A stretch of 64,000 bases of DNA. Source: Blasia pusilla (taxonomy: Eukaryota). The notes under the pieces are model-generated. The model saw nothing but the letters and a program-made list of their open reading frames with translations, ran no database searches and was not told the origin of the DNA. Below are positions 13,659 through 27,100 of the stretch, one piece after another. Within the stretch, counting starts at the first letter, position 1; each line of letters opens with the position of its first letter. A program made the translations under genes and the position numbers. The stretch spans positions 10,664,001-10,728,000 of the forward strand of contig CM114271.1 in assembly GCA_050084515.1 (NCBI GenBank). Direction: 5' to 3'.

Positions 13659-13854
13659 GGTTTTGATCTAATGCGCAATATCTTCTCCTAACAAAAATCA
13701 CTAATTTGTAACATCCAAATTTGAATTCTGAAATCGACGTGAGTATTAGCTTAATTAACCTAGGTTTTGATCCGATGAGCGATATCTTCTCCTGACACGG
13801 ATCCTCAATCTGTGACGTCCAAATTTGAATTTTGAAATCAATGCGAGTATTAGG
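13659..13854. repeat. Two-copy tandem duplication, about 104 bp
   Basis: GGTTTTGATC..ATG.GC.ATATCTTCTCCT.AC...TCCAAATTTGAATT.TGAAATC...GAGTATTAG at 13659 and 13763. Confidence 0.75.
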
Positions 13855-14599
13855 TTAAGAAATGTAGGTGTGTTGCCATCAATCTAATTTGGACCGCTAG
13901 TCGAACATTGAGTCTAGCATGAATGACAAGTATAAGTAGTAACATTTTCTCGGATCATTTTTCGCTAGCAATCTCTCTCCACCGGAGGTGCATAGTGCTT
14001 GTTCTAGAAGTGAGGGAAGAATGTGAACGCCCGATTGTTGATCTTTTGTAGGTCGACGCGGAAATATAATCCTGAGTTTTTTTTTCCTTCTCCTTCTGAA
14101 TGCAACATTTGTGTTGTTATCGATCTGATCTACAGTGGAGTTTAATAGGAGATTGTTAATAGGAGTTTGATAAAAATGGCGGCAGGATAGAAAATGCCTT
14201 TCTGGGGCTTTTAGATACTATGACTTCCGACTCTAAAGGAAGATTTCTTGTCAAGGTTAAAGAGAACGCCATCTTCGCCAGACTTTTTTCAATGTGTATT
14301 TGGCGCCCAACACGTCTGATGCAATGGCATTGTATCATTATATTTGTAAAGGGAATACAAGGAGGTACTTACATTCCGATTGCTCAAGTCATATAGCTAA
14401 TTTGAAAATCTAATGCGCTTGGCATATCAAGTGCACATCAAACTAGTAACATGCCCATCCAGCATGCTCGTTAGAGGTCTCGTAGAGTTCATTTTGGACT
14501 CTATTTCTAACTAGTAAGCCGTAAATTCTCGTTCTCATTTCTAGCACAGGAGGGAACAGTTCTAGCAATTTGATTTAGAAACTTCAATTTCGCATGCCC

Positions 14600-15250
14600 T
14601 CGTTTAGGGCTCTGTTCTCATTTCTCCAACCAGAACCTGAGTTTCGATTGATCCTTCTTTTCAATTCAAGAATTGGATCTATAGTTCCGTTGGTGTGGTA
14701 ACCGAGAAACAGGCCAGCAATTTGATTTTGGATGTACAATTCCGTATGATCCTTGTTTAGAACTCTGTTGTCGTCAATGGATCCGGAACCTGAGTTCAAA
14801 TTGATCCTCCTTTTCATTTCAAGAATTGGATCTATAATTTTGATGGGGACGAAGCTAGGAAAGAGGCACACGGTCTCATTTGGGAACTATAGTTCTGAAT
14901 GCCCTCGTTTAAACTCAGCTCTGGTCTCTAGAACCGGAACCTAAGTTCCGATTCTTCCTCCTTCTCATGTCGAGAACTAGATCTATAGCTCCGATGGTGA
15001 GCAAGCCGGGAAGGAGCGGATCGGAGAGGAGTGAGGCAACGGCCAACAAGCAAGTCAAAAGCGGCCTTGCTTTGCGTAACTAGAAGTCAAAGGGCCCCAA
15101 ATCCTGCTGTCTGCAGGGATCACTATATGCGAGTGCGAGGAGAGTTCGGACTCAATTTTGGTCTCTCGAACAGGAACCTGAGTTCCGATTCATCTTCCTT
15201 CTCATCTCAAGAGCTGGATCTATAGCTCTGATGGTGAGCAAGCCTGGAAG
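14600..15250. repeat. Four degenerate repeat units with GGAACCTGAGTTCC/GGATCTATAGTTCC palindromes
   Basis: GAACCT(G/A)AGTT...TCCT...AAGAA(T/C)TGGATCTATAG at about 14632, 14786, 14937 and 15174. Confidence 0.7.
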
Positions 15251-15296
15251 GAGGCCTGCGATCTTTGTGCGCCCCTTCATGAGTGGCTCCCCTGTG

Positions 15297-17866
15297 TGTT
15301 AGATACTTTTGGGTCTCTAGTTAGGTGAGTGGAAGGAGCTAGAACAACAGTCTGCAATTTAAATGGGTGAGTTAGGTGATAGAAGTAGTTAGTTGGAGTT
15401 ACCCTATGCTCTTAACTCAAGGTACTCTTTAACCAGGGAAACCTAGATAGAGAAAGCAAGGGTATAGTGAGGCAACCTGGTGAGCACTCTGCTCTTAAGT
15501 CTAACTAGGGGATAGATCAGCTGTAGTTAGACTAACAAGAGTTAAATTAACCGTAGTTATTTTAGTTGTAGTTAAGTCAACCTTGGTTGGATTGAGAGTA
15601 TGTAGGGTTAGCCAATGGTCAAGATAATCAATGTTAAGAAAATGATTGATGAAATTCTACTAGGAAGGCTTGATTTAGGGAAGGTTTTTAGTGGAATTAT
15701 AAGGCCACTCTAAACTGGTAGGTCTACTAAAGCGATGGCTAAGTTAGGGGAAGTTTTAGAGGGGACTTACTAGCCTGTAGAGTAAGGTTACAATAGTGTC
15801 AATAGGAAAGTGTCGAGGCCTGAAGTTCGAGAGGCACATGACAGAGCTTGGAGCTATCGTGGCCAGCATAGAGGGGAGAATCAAATGTTGATGGCTGGGG
15901 CTTGGCTGATCGGTTTGGTGATTGAATAGGCTTGTTAGAAAGGTCTTTGGATACTCTTCAAGATGATACATTCGAATCAAGACATTGGATGTTGGGCTAG
16001 AATTCTCAAGGTAGATTAGAACAGCAAGGAATCTGGGATTTTTGGAAAACAAGAAGGTAGACTATTCGAGGGCTGCTAGCTAGAGCACTAGAGAGCCAAA
16101 TCTTAATCTAATTGATGGCATGGCTTCGCCTTGAGATGCTCTACACTATGGAGGTCACCCACAAGAATTTTTAGCAAGCAATGAGGAGCATGGGATACTC
16201 CACGAGGGCTGAGCTTGGGAAGTTACGGTGACAAAAAAGTGGACAACTAGGTAGGCTGATTTTAAGGGATTGGGTGGACCAATGCTTGAGAGGAGTGGTG
16301 GCATATCTTTGCCCTTGGACTCTTCATATGTTTGTGGTCTTGAATCAAGCCTATCAAGGATCGGTTGGGCACATAGGATGCTCGAGGGGAGGCTGGAATA
16401 CAGGGAGGGTATCCAAGGCTGCAAGGAGTAGGGCTTGACTTGTCATTCAATGATGGAGTAGGTGGTGCAAGAGAAAGGCCAGAAAGCTCGAGAATCCAAG
16501 GGAGAGATCTATGGAGCTGAGAGGATCCAAGGAGTGATTTCTGGAAGATTTGTGCAAGTGGAGCTAAGTGGAGGTGTGAACTGAGTGCTCTCAGCTTCAC
16601 TTGAAAGTGCTCACTTTGGTTTAGTACAGGAGGCATACATGTTGTTGGCTAGTAGACACTTGATCTCTTGAGCCAAGCTAGCCAGCAAAGTATGTGCTCC
16701 CAGATCTAGGTAGTGTGTAGTGTGCTTGAAGGGGCTGAGACTAAGAAGGTCTCCCATGTACTAGATGGCTTTGTGATATACATAAAGTAGCCCTTTGGAA
16801 TGATTTCACTCCACTGCCCTATATCTGAGTTTGTGCATGATTGAGTGATGAGTTGGAGGGCTTGATGAAGTGAGATTCTTGGAGCTCATTCAACTAATCA
16901 TTCAAACGTGTAGTGAGTGGAGAAGAGGCTATACCAGTAGAGGAGAGGCAAGCTTAGGTTCCAAGATTGTGCTCCTCCAAGGTGTGCTTTGAAAACTTCT
17001 TGTTCTGCCCACCTGAGTATGGCCTTTGACACTAATCATTGATTACTTCCAGGGTGTGACAACCTGCACTTCCAGGTCTGGTAAGTGATAAGAGATTAGT
17101 GAGTGGAGAAAGAGGATCATTCTTGAGCTTCACTATAGGTAGAAGACCATGGGCTCAGCCTGTTAAGTCTCCTACTACCTGAACAAGGAGGGAGAACAAA
17201 GGACCAGCAAGGTAAGAGGAGAAGAAGAAAGGATGTGGGTGTTGGTTTGAGCAAATAGAGAGTTGCAACCCTTTCAAGCTACCCTAGGGGTGGATGATTA
17301 TACTAGACAACGTATTGGATGGCCTTATGTTGTTTTAGTAATCTCTAGTTTTGAGCCTTGAGTATGTGTTCTGGTTGGATTGCCACTGGACACTCTATCT
17401 AAGGACTCAAAACTACACCCAAGCTCTCACTAGATAACTCGGTGAGGAGCAAAAGGTGATCGCACTACTTGATCAGTTAGGAGTTGTGTGTGCTTTAGAG
17501 GATTTCCTTGGTACATTCAACTAGTCCAAGGCAGCACATGGAGGACCTTACGCTGCCCTAGTCATTCTTGACTGTGATTTCTAAGTAGAGTGTGCTTGTT
17601 GGGTTCCACTGGCCACTCCACTCAAAGCATTCAGGAGAATGGAAGGAATTTTGGTTAGTGTGGTGAAGATAGGATTGTGATATTGAAGTGGAGATTATTT
17701 CTCCAGCCTCTTAAGGTAAAGAGGTGGGGTTTACAGCTGTTAAGGAGTACATCACAAATTTTTGATCTTTTGGCCTGGCCCTAAACTCTTACATGGGACC
17801 GAACTGGTGGAAATAGCACTATTTCCACTTGGGTTGTGTGCTGGCCATGTATTCCCTGCTATGACA
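15297..17866 (+). repeat. Putative 5' LTR of Gypsy 1 (about 2.6 kb)
   Basis: Non-coding block ending in CA just before the PBS; the start at TGTTAG is tentative because no second LTR is present. Confidence 0.5.
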
Positions 17867-17869
17867 TTT

Positions 17870-17887
17870 TGGCACCGCTGCCGGGGA
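17870..17887 (+). other. Primer-binding site of Gypsy 1
   Basis: TGGCACCGCTGCCGGGGA resembles the Athila/Tat-type PBS consensus TGGCGCCGTTGCCGGGGA. Confidence 0.75.
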
Positions 17888-17921
17888 GCTGTGGAGTCCA
17901 GACCAGAAGTGAAGGAGCCTT

Positions 17922-20900
17922 ATGAGTGAGCGGCATCAAAGACATTCAGCAAGAAGTGAACAGAAGGCTGCTGCAGACCACCAAGAAGAGAGACAAAGAG
18001 CTTCCCTAGGAGACGCTTTAGTGAGGAGTTCAAGTTCATCACCTGCTATAGCAGCCTGCCCAGTTCAAGTGGTTCGTGCTCAAGCTATCTCAGTCAAGAT
18101 GCCTCCCTCATTTTGAATCAAGTACACCAGATTTCGAGGGGATGGTAGTCAAGATGTGGATGACTGGATGGAGCAATACCTAGCAACTTTGGCAGCCAAT
18201 GATGAAGGGGATGAAGACACGACCAAAAGGTTGTTTCGTGGGCTGATTGATGGAGAAGCCTTGCGTTGGTACAATGCCTTGGAGGTTGGAGAGACAGCTG
18301 ATTGGGCAAGGCTGAAGTCAGCATTTGAGCAAGAGTTTAGGGAGATTGGGGCAGATTCAAGGGTGTCACGACTGAATGCTATCAAGATGAAGGCAAGTGA
18401 CACACTAAGGAGCTACACCCAGCGTGTCCAGCAGCTGATAGGGAAGCTGTCCATAGTACCACCAGAAAACCTTCAGTTGGAGTGGTTTATTTCTGGTCTA
18501 CCAGAGTTGTTGGATTTTGAAGTGAGGAAGGCAGATCCTCAAACATTAGCAGCTGTTGTTGATGTGGCCACGAGATATGAGAAGTCAGCCCTACTATCAG
18601 GCCGCTGGGCAGAGAAGAAGCTGAAGAAGAAGGTCAAGTTTGAGGACTCTGATGATAGTGATGAGTACTTGGTGGAGGACAGAGAAGAGAAGTCTGGCCA
18701 TCAGCGAGGTAGAGAGACGCATCAATCACAACTCACCAAGGTTGTGAAGGATGAGATGCAAACCTTAAGGACAGCCATAGAGGAGGTAAAGGTGCAGATG
18801 GCTGATATCAAGAAGAACCGCAAGCCAGTCCCTATGACCCGCACTAATATTTGGTGCACCCGCTGCAAGGAGGGTCACTTCTCTCATGATTGTCAAGCTG
18901 ATTGGAGGATGATCCAAGAGACTGAGCTGAACTCTCAGGAGCTAGAGCTCAAGGACATAGAGTCTCTTTATGCTATTCAGCAAGGAGCTCTACGTGCTGA
19001 TATCAGGGCTAGACCAGGGGGTTCAATACCAAGAATCCCCGGTACCTGTTGGGAGTGTGGGGAGGTTGGACATATCTCACCTGAGTGCCCACACCGGAGG
19101 ATGCCTGGGGAGTACATCTTGCTGTGTAGAAATTGCAGGGAAGAGGGGCACAAGGCTTCTAGGTGCCCAAAGCCTGTGCAATTCAGAGTGTTGCCCCACT
19201 ATACCCCAATCCCACCTAGGGAAGAGACAACCCTCAACTGGTCCAACAAGGCAGCAGCAGAGCAGCAACCAAGGGACGAGGGCACAACTTCAACTGTCAG
19301 ATGGATCCAGGACTGTGAAGAGAATGTGTGGAGAGTGTCTACCAGAAGGCAAACCAATGAAGAGAAGGGCAAGGGGGCCTGCAAGAGAGGAGGTCAGATC
19401 AGGTGGTGAAGAAGAGGAAGAAACACCAGCCTTTGAGTTGCCTGATGTTACTGAAGAAGTGCTAGCCCACTTGGAAGAGCTACATACCAAGGAGGGAGAG
19501 GTCAGTACCAAGAGGACTACAATGGTGGTAAGACCTTCTTTGTCCCCTGCAGCCAGAAGGGAGTTGCACTACAACATCATGCAGGACATTGAGAAGAGGT
19601 TAGCTGAAGAGGTCACCATTGGGCAGTTGTTGAAGGATAATCCAAGGTACCGAAAGCAAGTGTTGGATGCAGTGAAGACCAAGAGGAGGAAGAGGTTGCC
19701 ACCTACCATTTCAGAGGTGAGGTACACTGAAGTGGAGGATTGGGGAGCACCTGAGATTGACACTGAGATTGAAGGGTGTTTGATCACAAGGGTACCAGTG
19801 GATGGAGGTTCAGGTGTGAATGTTATGATGGAGCAAACTGCTGCTGACCTGGGTTACACCGTATTCGAGCCTACCCCAAAGATATTGAGGATGGCTAACC
19901 AAGAGGAAGTGGTACCAGTGGGTAAGTTATCTCAGGTAGTTACTACGATGGGAGAGTTGGAGTATAAGCTGAACTATGTAGTAATCAGGCTACCCATTCC
20001 TGCTACATTCCAAATTTTGTTGGGAAGGCCTTGGCTGTACAAGGCAGGAGTTTTGGAGGATTGGAAGAAGAAGGAGTTTAGGATGGGTTCAGTGAGGATT
20101 CCATGGGGGGGCTTCCAACATACCAAGGTGAGACAACAACAAGCTCCATGGGGTACACAACTGAGAGTGAGGAAGTAGATGAAGAAGAGCAAGCTTCAGA
20201 TTGCTGGATGGTGGTGAATGCCTTCAAGACAGCAACAGAAGGAGAGTTTGACTTCAACCAACCAGAGGAAGAGCACGTGCAGGTCAAGGAAGATGAAGAG
20301 CAAGAGGACACCACCAAGACTTGGCCCCTTACATCAGGTGAAGGAGATCAAGCAAGACTAGTTATGGGGCAGAAGAAGAAGAATGAGCATGCCCTGGGAG
20401 AACTTGATGTCCCACTCATCAGTGAATGGGTGCACCAGCAGCTAATGGAGGATCCAGGTATGAAGGGCTATCATGAGACCTTTGGAAGAGAGCAAGAGGA
20501 GGACCTCTCCGCTGCTGTAAAACCAGTTCAGTATGAGAAGATGAGTCTTACGCCAGATATGGAGTTCTATGTAGGGAGGACTATCCAGGAGGTGGAGAAA
20601 GAAGCCTACAAGGAGTTGTTGCTAGAGTTCAAGGATGTGTTTTCTTGGTCACATCATGACCTGACTGGAATCTCACCTGAGTATGGAGAACATCGGATAC
20701 ACTTGAAGGAGGATGCAGTACCAGTTAGGCAAAGGCAATGCAGGCTCAATCCAAAGTACTCCTTGAAGGTGAAGGAGGAGTTGGATAAGCTATTGGAGGC
20801 AGGATTTATCTATCATGTAAAACATAGTGAGTGGGTATCCCCCATTGTGATTGTGCCAAAGAAGGTGGGAGCTGATGGAATAGCCAAGATCAGAGTTTGT

Positions 20901-22225
20901 CAAGACTATAGAAAGTTGAATGAGGCTACCAAGAAGGACTTCTACCCGCTGCCCTTCACTGATATCATACTGGACCATGTAGCTGGTCATGCGGTGTACA
21001 CTTTCTTGGATGGGATGTCAGGGTACTACCAGACCTTCATCAGAGTTGGAGACCAGATCTACACTACATTGGGGGACTTATGCATTTCGTAGGATGCCCT
21101 TTGGATTGTGTAATGCTCCAGGTACATTTCAGAGGATCATGAGAGACGTTTTCCATGATTTCTTGAGGCATTTTCTAGAGGTCTTCATTGATGATTTTGT
21201 AGTTTTCAATAAGAGGGAGGAGCATCTACAACATTTGAGGCTTACATTTGAAAGATGTAGGGAAGCCAATCTAAAGTTAAACCCAGGAAAGTGCTTCATT
21301 GGGATGGAGAGTGGGATACCGTTGGGGCATAGAGTATCAGCTGAGGGGATTGCTGTAGACCTGGATAAAGTGACCACCATCTTGGCTCTCAAAGCACCCA
21401 CTAGTGTGAAAGAAGTTCGTGGCTTCCTTGGCATGGTTGGTTATTATAGGAGATTTGTAGAGGGATATGCTAAGATTGCTCCCCCATTGACTGAGCTGCT
21501 GAAGAAGGAGGCTACATTCCACTGGACAGATCGCCAAGAGGAAGCTTTTAGGGAGCTCAAGGCAAAGATGGTGAAGGCACCCATGATGGCAGCGCCAAGG
21601 TTTGATAGAGAGTTCCATGTAACTGGTGATGCTTCTGGATTTTGCATAGGAATTATATTATGGCAGTATGGAGAGGACAAAGAGGAGAGGCCAATTTATT
21701 ATGCTAGTAGGCAGTTGAGTTCCGCTGAGAGAAACTATAGCACTACTGAGAGAGAGTGCTTGCCTATCATTTTTGCGTGTAAGAAGTTCAGGCATTACCT
21801 CATTGGCTATGATGTGGTCTTTCACACTGATCATGATGCCATCAAACATCTGGTCAACAAGGCTGATCTATCCGGCAGAGTTGCAAGGTGGGTTATGCTG
21901 CTACAAGAGTTCCAATACCAGATCAAGGTGAAGCCAGGGATGGGGAACAAGAATGTTGACTACCTATCCAGGCTAGAGGAGGAAGAGATGAGAAACTCTA
22001 TTGCTGCTGAGTTTCCTGATGAACACCTCTTTGCCATTTCAGAAGAAGACGATGAGTATGCTGAGATTAGAAGGTATCTCAAAGAGGGAGTTGTTCCACC
22101 CGGAAACTCTCAAAAACAAAAGATGTTTATGGTTAAGGCAGGGCCATATACATTGATCAAGGATGTGCTGTTCAAACTTGGACCAGATGACAGGTTGAGA
22201 AGGTGTGTGAGTAAGGGAGAAAGCC
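17922..22225 (+). pseudogene. Gypsy 1 gag-pol (gag with three CCHC knuckles, aspartic protease, RT, RNase H; frameshifted)
   Basis: ORFs 18156-19409 (CTRCKEGHFSHDC, CWECGEVGHISPEC, CRNCREEGHKASRC), 18970-20178 (VDGGSG, LLGRPWL), 20103-21092 (RVCQDYRKLN) and 20989-22305 (MPFGLCNAPGTFQR, FIDD, DAS, YASRQL). Confidence 0.92.
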
Positions 22226-22289
22226 TGAGATTCCTCGCGTACTTCTTCCTGAAGCTTCTGATCCGCCTCCAGCACCGCAACTCTCCCGT

Positions 22290-23810
22290 GGCTTGGCTCC
22301 ATTGAGACGCCAAGTCGATGTTCGTTTGCTGCTGATCAATCAGAAGTTTACCCTTCTTTGTATTCTCCAGCATCACGCTCTTGAGTCACGCTTGGAGAAG
22401 GTCGATCTTCTCTTGCAACTTCGCAGCGTGGAGCGAAGACTGTTGTAACTGCGCATAGAGTTGATTTGCTCCAATCTCTATGTCGATTGCTAGACTTTCC
22501 CATTGCCGTGCATTTTGAGATTCATATCTGGCTTCGACTAGTTTGCCCTCTGCTATGCAGAGAGATTGCTGCAACTCGTTGATTTCCTTCAGCTGAGTAC
22601 GGGTTTGTCTTTCCATGGACTCCCGAAGCGTTCTTTGCAGTTGTGTCTCCACGGTTTTGTGCTATATCTTTGTGAGGACGGCCAGATAGTCCTGTGCAAG
22701 AGCGTGGTCAGATAACTTACCAATTTTCTTTACTTCTTGCAAAACTGGTTCGGCAATTTCTAAGAACGAGGTCAAGTGCCTCAAGATCGTTTTCACCGGT
22801 TGCACAGCAAAACTATCCCTTGTGCTCGAAGGAACTACCACCGGCTCCACTATGATTGCAACGAGTGTTTCAGCCGCTTCTTCTTCTTCTTCTTGCGAAT
22901 CCAGCCTGACCCTCTTAGGTCTTGGCAATTCGGGAGAATGCGAGGGAGGGCGGGACGAAGATCCTTCCGCTGTTCGTCCCTTGGTTTTTGGGATACTTTG
23001 AGGTGTTGCTACTACCTCTCTGGTGCCCGAAGAAAATGCTTTGGCCGTCCTCGGCTTACTTACTGTTGTTACAGCGACCCACTTCGCTTCTTCCTCAAGT
23101 GTGATCTCTTCCACGTGTAGATACAAGCGAATCAAGAAGGGAGAATTTTTTTTCTCTCGGAGTCAATGCTCCCACTAATTCAATCACATGGGCGTGTACA
23201 AGCACGGAAAAATCGACTCCGGGTTCTTTGGAATGCAAGTGCATGTTCCAAAGAGTGTAACACTACTTTACAAGCTTGTTACTCGATCATGTAATATGTC
23301 CTACCGGGATTGAACAAGATTTTATACAACTTACAAAACTGTGCAAACAAGGGAGGGCTTACCATTTGAGGATTGTTTCCATTTCTTCCAAGGCGCTCTA
23401 CTATCACGCATCCCAATTCTTTGAGCTCTTCGGGTGTCACAATCAAGTTCTTCTTCCGGAGCTGCGGGTAAGACATATGCCATGCGCCATAGGTCGACGG
23501 ACCAATTTTTGGGTTGTGCCCTATGTTTGTACCCCCTTCTTATGAGTTCATTCACTCTGGAACTCGAATGCAATTCCATGAGCAAGGCCACCAAAGATTA
23601 CAACAAATCTGCGCCAAAGAACTGGCACAAAGATCGCTCTTCCAGTGCTTTGCGGAGCTCGCTTGAAATGCCTAGGGACGGGTACACCCCGTACTTCATG
23701 AGAGCCATGGACGCACCTCGAGCCATCCCTTCTTGCTTCCGTCGGGGTGTGCGAGACTTTATGATTGCTCTCTTTGGTATGCTCTTGGCGGTTGCTCTGC
23801 CTCTAGGCAT
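22290..23810 (-). pseudogene. Additional ORF downstream of Gypsy 2 pol, same orientation, with a C-terminal coiled coil
   Basis: Collinear fragments 23598-23810, 23331-23594, 23279-23476, 22662-23135 and 22386-22652 (PKNWSVDLWRMAY...ILFNPGR...SPFLIRLY...; heptad-rich end). Confidence 0.6.
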
Positions 23811-24179
23811 GTGAAATGACCAAATTTGCCCCTGCCTTAGCCCTCTTGGTTCTTGATCATCGCTATTCTTATGTAACAGCCCCCCTATTTTGTAACAGAA
23901 TCTTGGCGCTCTTCGCGTTCTTTAGTGCAAAGACTCCGAAGACTACAAAGATAACGAAGATGAAGACACTCTTCACTTGTCTCCCTTGGGTCTTTGGTGG
24001 TCTTCACTTTGGAGTCTTTAAGATGGTTTGTTGACACTCCTTGCACAAAGAAGAACGGGTATACTACCCCACCCCCCTCAGCCTTCAGTCGGGAACATGG
24101 TATCTTTGGACATGCAATGCTGCTCCATTCAGAGTTTCCAGTTGTAAGAACCATTCTAAAAAATTTCCAAGACTCGATA

Positions 24180-27100
24180 AGGTCCCATCCAATGTAGCTT
24201 CAGCTTCCGTGGGAACTTAAGACCTCAATTATCATAGGGCAAGACCAAGTCCCCTTCCTGTACTGATTATGGTCACAAATGCTTGTCATACCGTTTCTTC
24301 CTTTGTGCTTGGACTGTCTTCGTATGGCCAAGAGCAAGATGCCTTGCCTCCTCCAAGGCTACAAAGTCTTCGTTCCTCCTTTTGGTAATGGCCAATTCTT
24401 CCTCGTTCCTTTCTTCTAAAACCCGGTAGGTGGGCAAGTCCCATTCGATTGGAGTAAGGGGTTGAATTCCATTCGTCAAATAGAATGGTGTGTATCTTGT
24501 AGTGATCTTTTCCGCTGTCCGGTAGGCCTAGAGTGCCGCAGGGATCTTGGTATCCCAATCATAGGAATAGGTGATAGTTAGGCGGTTTAAGATCTGGCAT
24601 ATAAGCCCATTGGACTTTTCTGTTAACCCATTGGCTTTGGGGTTGTAAGGTGTAGTCTTCCTATGCTTGATGAGGAAGTGGTGGATGAGTACCTTGATTG
24701 TTTAATTGAGGAAATGAGTTCCTTGGTGGCTTACCAACTCCAAGGGACAACCATACCTGGTGATTATCATCTCATATATAAATTTGGCCACTACCTTAAT
24801 ATCATCTTTGTGAGTAGCCACTACTTCCACCATCTTGGTACAATAACATGTAGCAATTATGATGTATTTTTGGCGGGTTTTCCGAGTGGTTGGTGAAATT
24901 GGTCCCACAAAATCAATGCCCCATTTCTGAAAAGGAGTCAAAGGAAGGATAGGAACCAAAGGCCTCAGGAGGTTGCTGTGGGCGTGCCTACTCTTTGACA
25001 AGCATCACACTTCTGGATGAAGAGCCCGACATCTCGATACATTGTGGGCCACCAATAGCGTGCTGCTAGAATCTTCTTGATAGTATTTTTGACCCATAAT
25101 GCCCTTTTGCATCTTCTAAATGCATAGCAGTGATGACTCGAGGGACTTCTTCTTCCTCTAAACATCTTCAGTATTCTTCGTCGGCGCCAAGCTTGAATAG
25201 CATGCCCCGGAAGAGCTCTTAGGGCCCTACCTTGTGTAGAAACATTGCCCATTGTTATGCTGTCACAGGGGCAGGAATTTGTAGAGTGATGAGGAAGCGC
25301 AAAATATCTTCATAGGCTGATCTTTGCAGAGTCTCTTCACTGATCTGGAACATGCCTTTGTCTGGGAAGTTGTCTTCCAGAGTCTTCGTGAGTTCAGCAT
25401 TTGGCGTCCTTAAGCGGGACAGGACGTTCGCGTTGGTATTGATCTTTCCCGATCTTATTACCAGGTCGAATGTGAATTCCTGCAATAGTAGAATCCACCA
25501 TGCAATCCTCCTTGACAAATCCACCTTCACCATTAAGGGCCGAAGTGCAAAATGGTCGATGTGAAAAAGAAACTAGTACCCCAACAGATAATGTCGAAAC
25601 TTTTTGCAGGCAAAGACCATCCCCAGGGCTTCTCTCTCCGTGGTAGTATACTTTTGTTCAATGGCTGAGAGTTATTGCCTTGCATAGTAGATCGGGTAGT
25701 CTTTCTTCTTGTCATCTAAGTGGCTTAGTACCACCCCGATTGCAAATGAAGAAGTATCTACATATGCCTGAAACGTCTTCATCCAATCAGGAGGACGAAG
25801 CACGGGAGCTGTCATGAAGGCCTGCTTCAATTCTTCAAAGGCTGCTTGGCAGGGTGGAGTCCACTCCCACTCCGTTGTCTTCTCCAGTAGGGTAGTCAAA
25901 GACTTCGCCTTTATTGCATAATTCTTAATGAACCGGCGGTAGTACCCCACATGGCCCACGAATCCCCTTAGCTCAGGAAGACTCGTGGGGGCCTCCAATT
26001 CCATAATTATCTCGACCTTGGCTTTATCAACTTCAATACCACGTGAGGATACTTAGTGCCCCAATAGGCTACCTTGCCTCATTGCCATGTAAGACTTCTC
26101 TGGGTGGAGGGACAGTTGTACTTCTCTACACCGAGCTAATGTTAGTTCCAACTTCTGGAGATGATCAACTTCTGAACTGAAAATGCAAAAGTCATCAAGG
26201 AAGATCTCTATGAATCTTCACAAGTATTCCTGAAAAATATATATCATCATTCTTTGGAAGGTGGTAGGTGCGTTGCACAACCCAAAGGGCATAACTCCAT
26301 AGGCAAAAGTGCCCCAATCCGTAGTGAAAGTAGTCAATGCTCGATCCTTCTCTCTAATTGATACTTGATTGTAACCTGAATATCCGTCCAAGAAGGTATA
26401 GCGCTCATGACCAACTACTTTATCTAAGATGGTGTCAGTAAATGGCAGTGGGTGATGATCCTTCATGGTGGCTGCATTCAACTTTCGGTAGTCCTAACAC
26501 ACTCTAATCTTTCCTGACTGCTTCTTTGGTACAATGACTATGGGGGACAGCCATTCGCTACTCAACATAGGATATATAACCCTTGCTTCCAAACTCTGCT
26601 TGATCTCATCTTTAACCATTAAAGAATACTTGGGGTTCAACTTATATTGACGCATTCGCACGGGGACTGTCCCTTGTTTAAGATCAATCATATGTTCTCC
26701 ATACTTGGCAGGCACTCTCTTCATCTCATCCATAATATAGGAAAACAAGTCAAGGTACTTCGAAAGTAAGGTTTTATATTGTGAAAGTTGAGAGGTAGAA
26801 AAATCTGTAGATAGACGCAAAGCCTTAGTATTGGTGATAAAGACTTCTTGGTAGTCCTTTTCCTGCACCATATTCTCAATGAACTGATATGTACGCAGTG
26901 AGACCAGCTGGCTCTTCTCTTGGGGAGGACCAACCCTGCTCTATGGGTAAGGACTCTTCATCTATCTCATAACATTCCATGTAGTAGACATAAGATGAGG
27001 ACTTTGTGTCGGCCGTTGAGCCCTGATCCGAAGTTTACCCCTCATCCGTAGTGGGTGTCTCGCCTTGGGAAGGCTGAGACTTCCAAGAAAACTTCACAAG

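Larger units (their letters stand above)
15297..22225 (+). mobile_element. Gypsy (non-chromovirus, Athila/Tat-type PBS) LTR retrotransposon 1, 3'-truncated
   Basis: Putative LTR TG...ATGACA (ends 17866), PBS TGGCACCGCTGCCGGGGA (17870-17887), then gag-AP-RT-RH; breaks off at the start of integrase. The 5' boundary is inferred. Confidence 0.85.

Noticed and set aside
13100-14350. Possible second gene of the Sola-like element
   Set aside because: Only short, stop-riddled ORFs with no recognisable motif.
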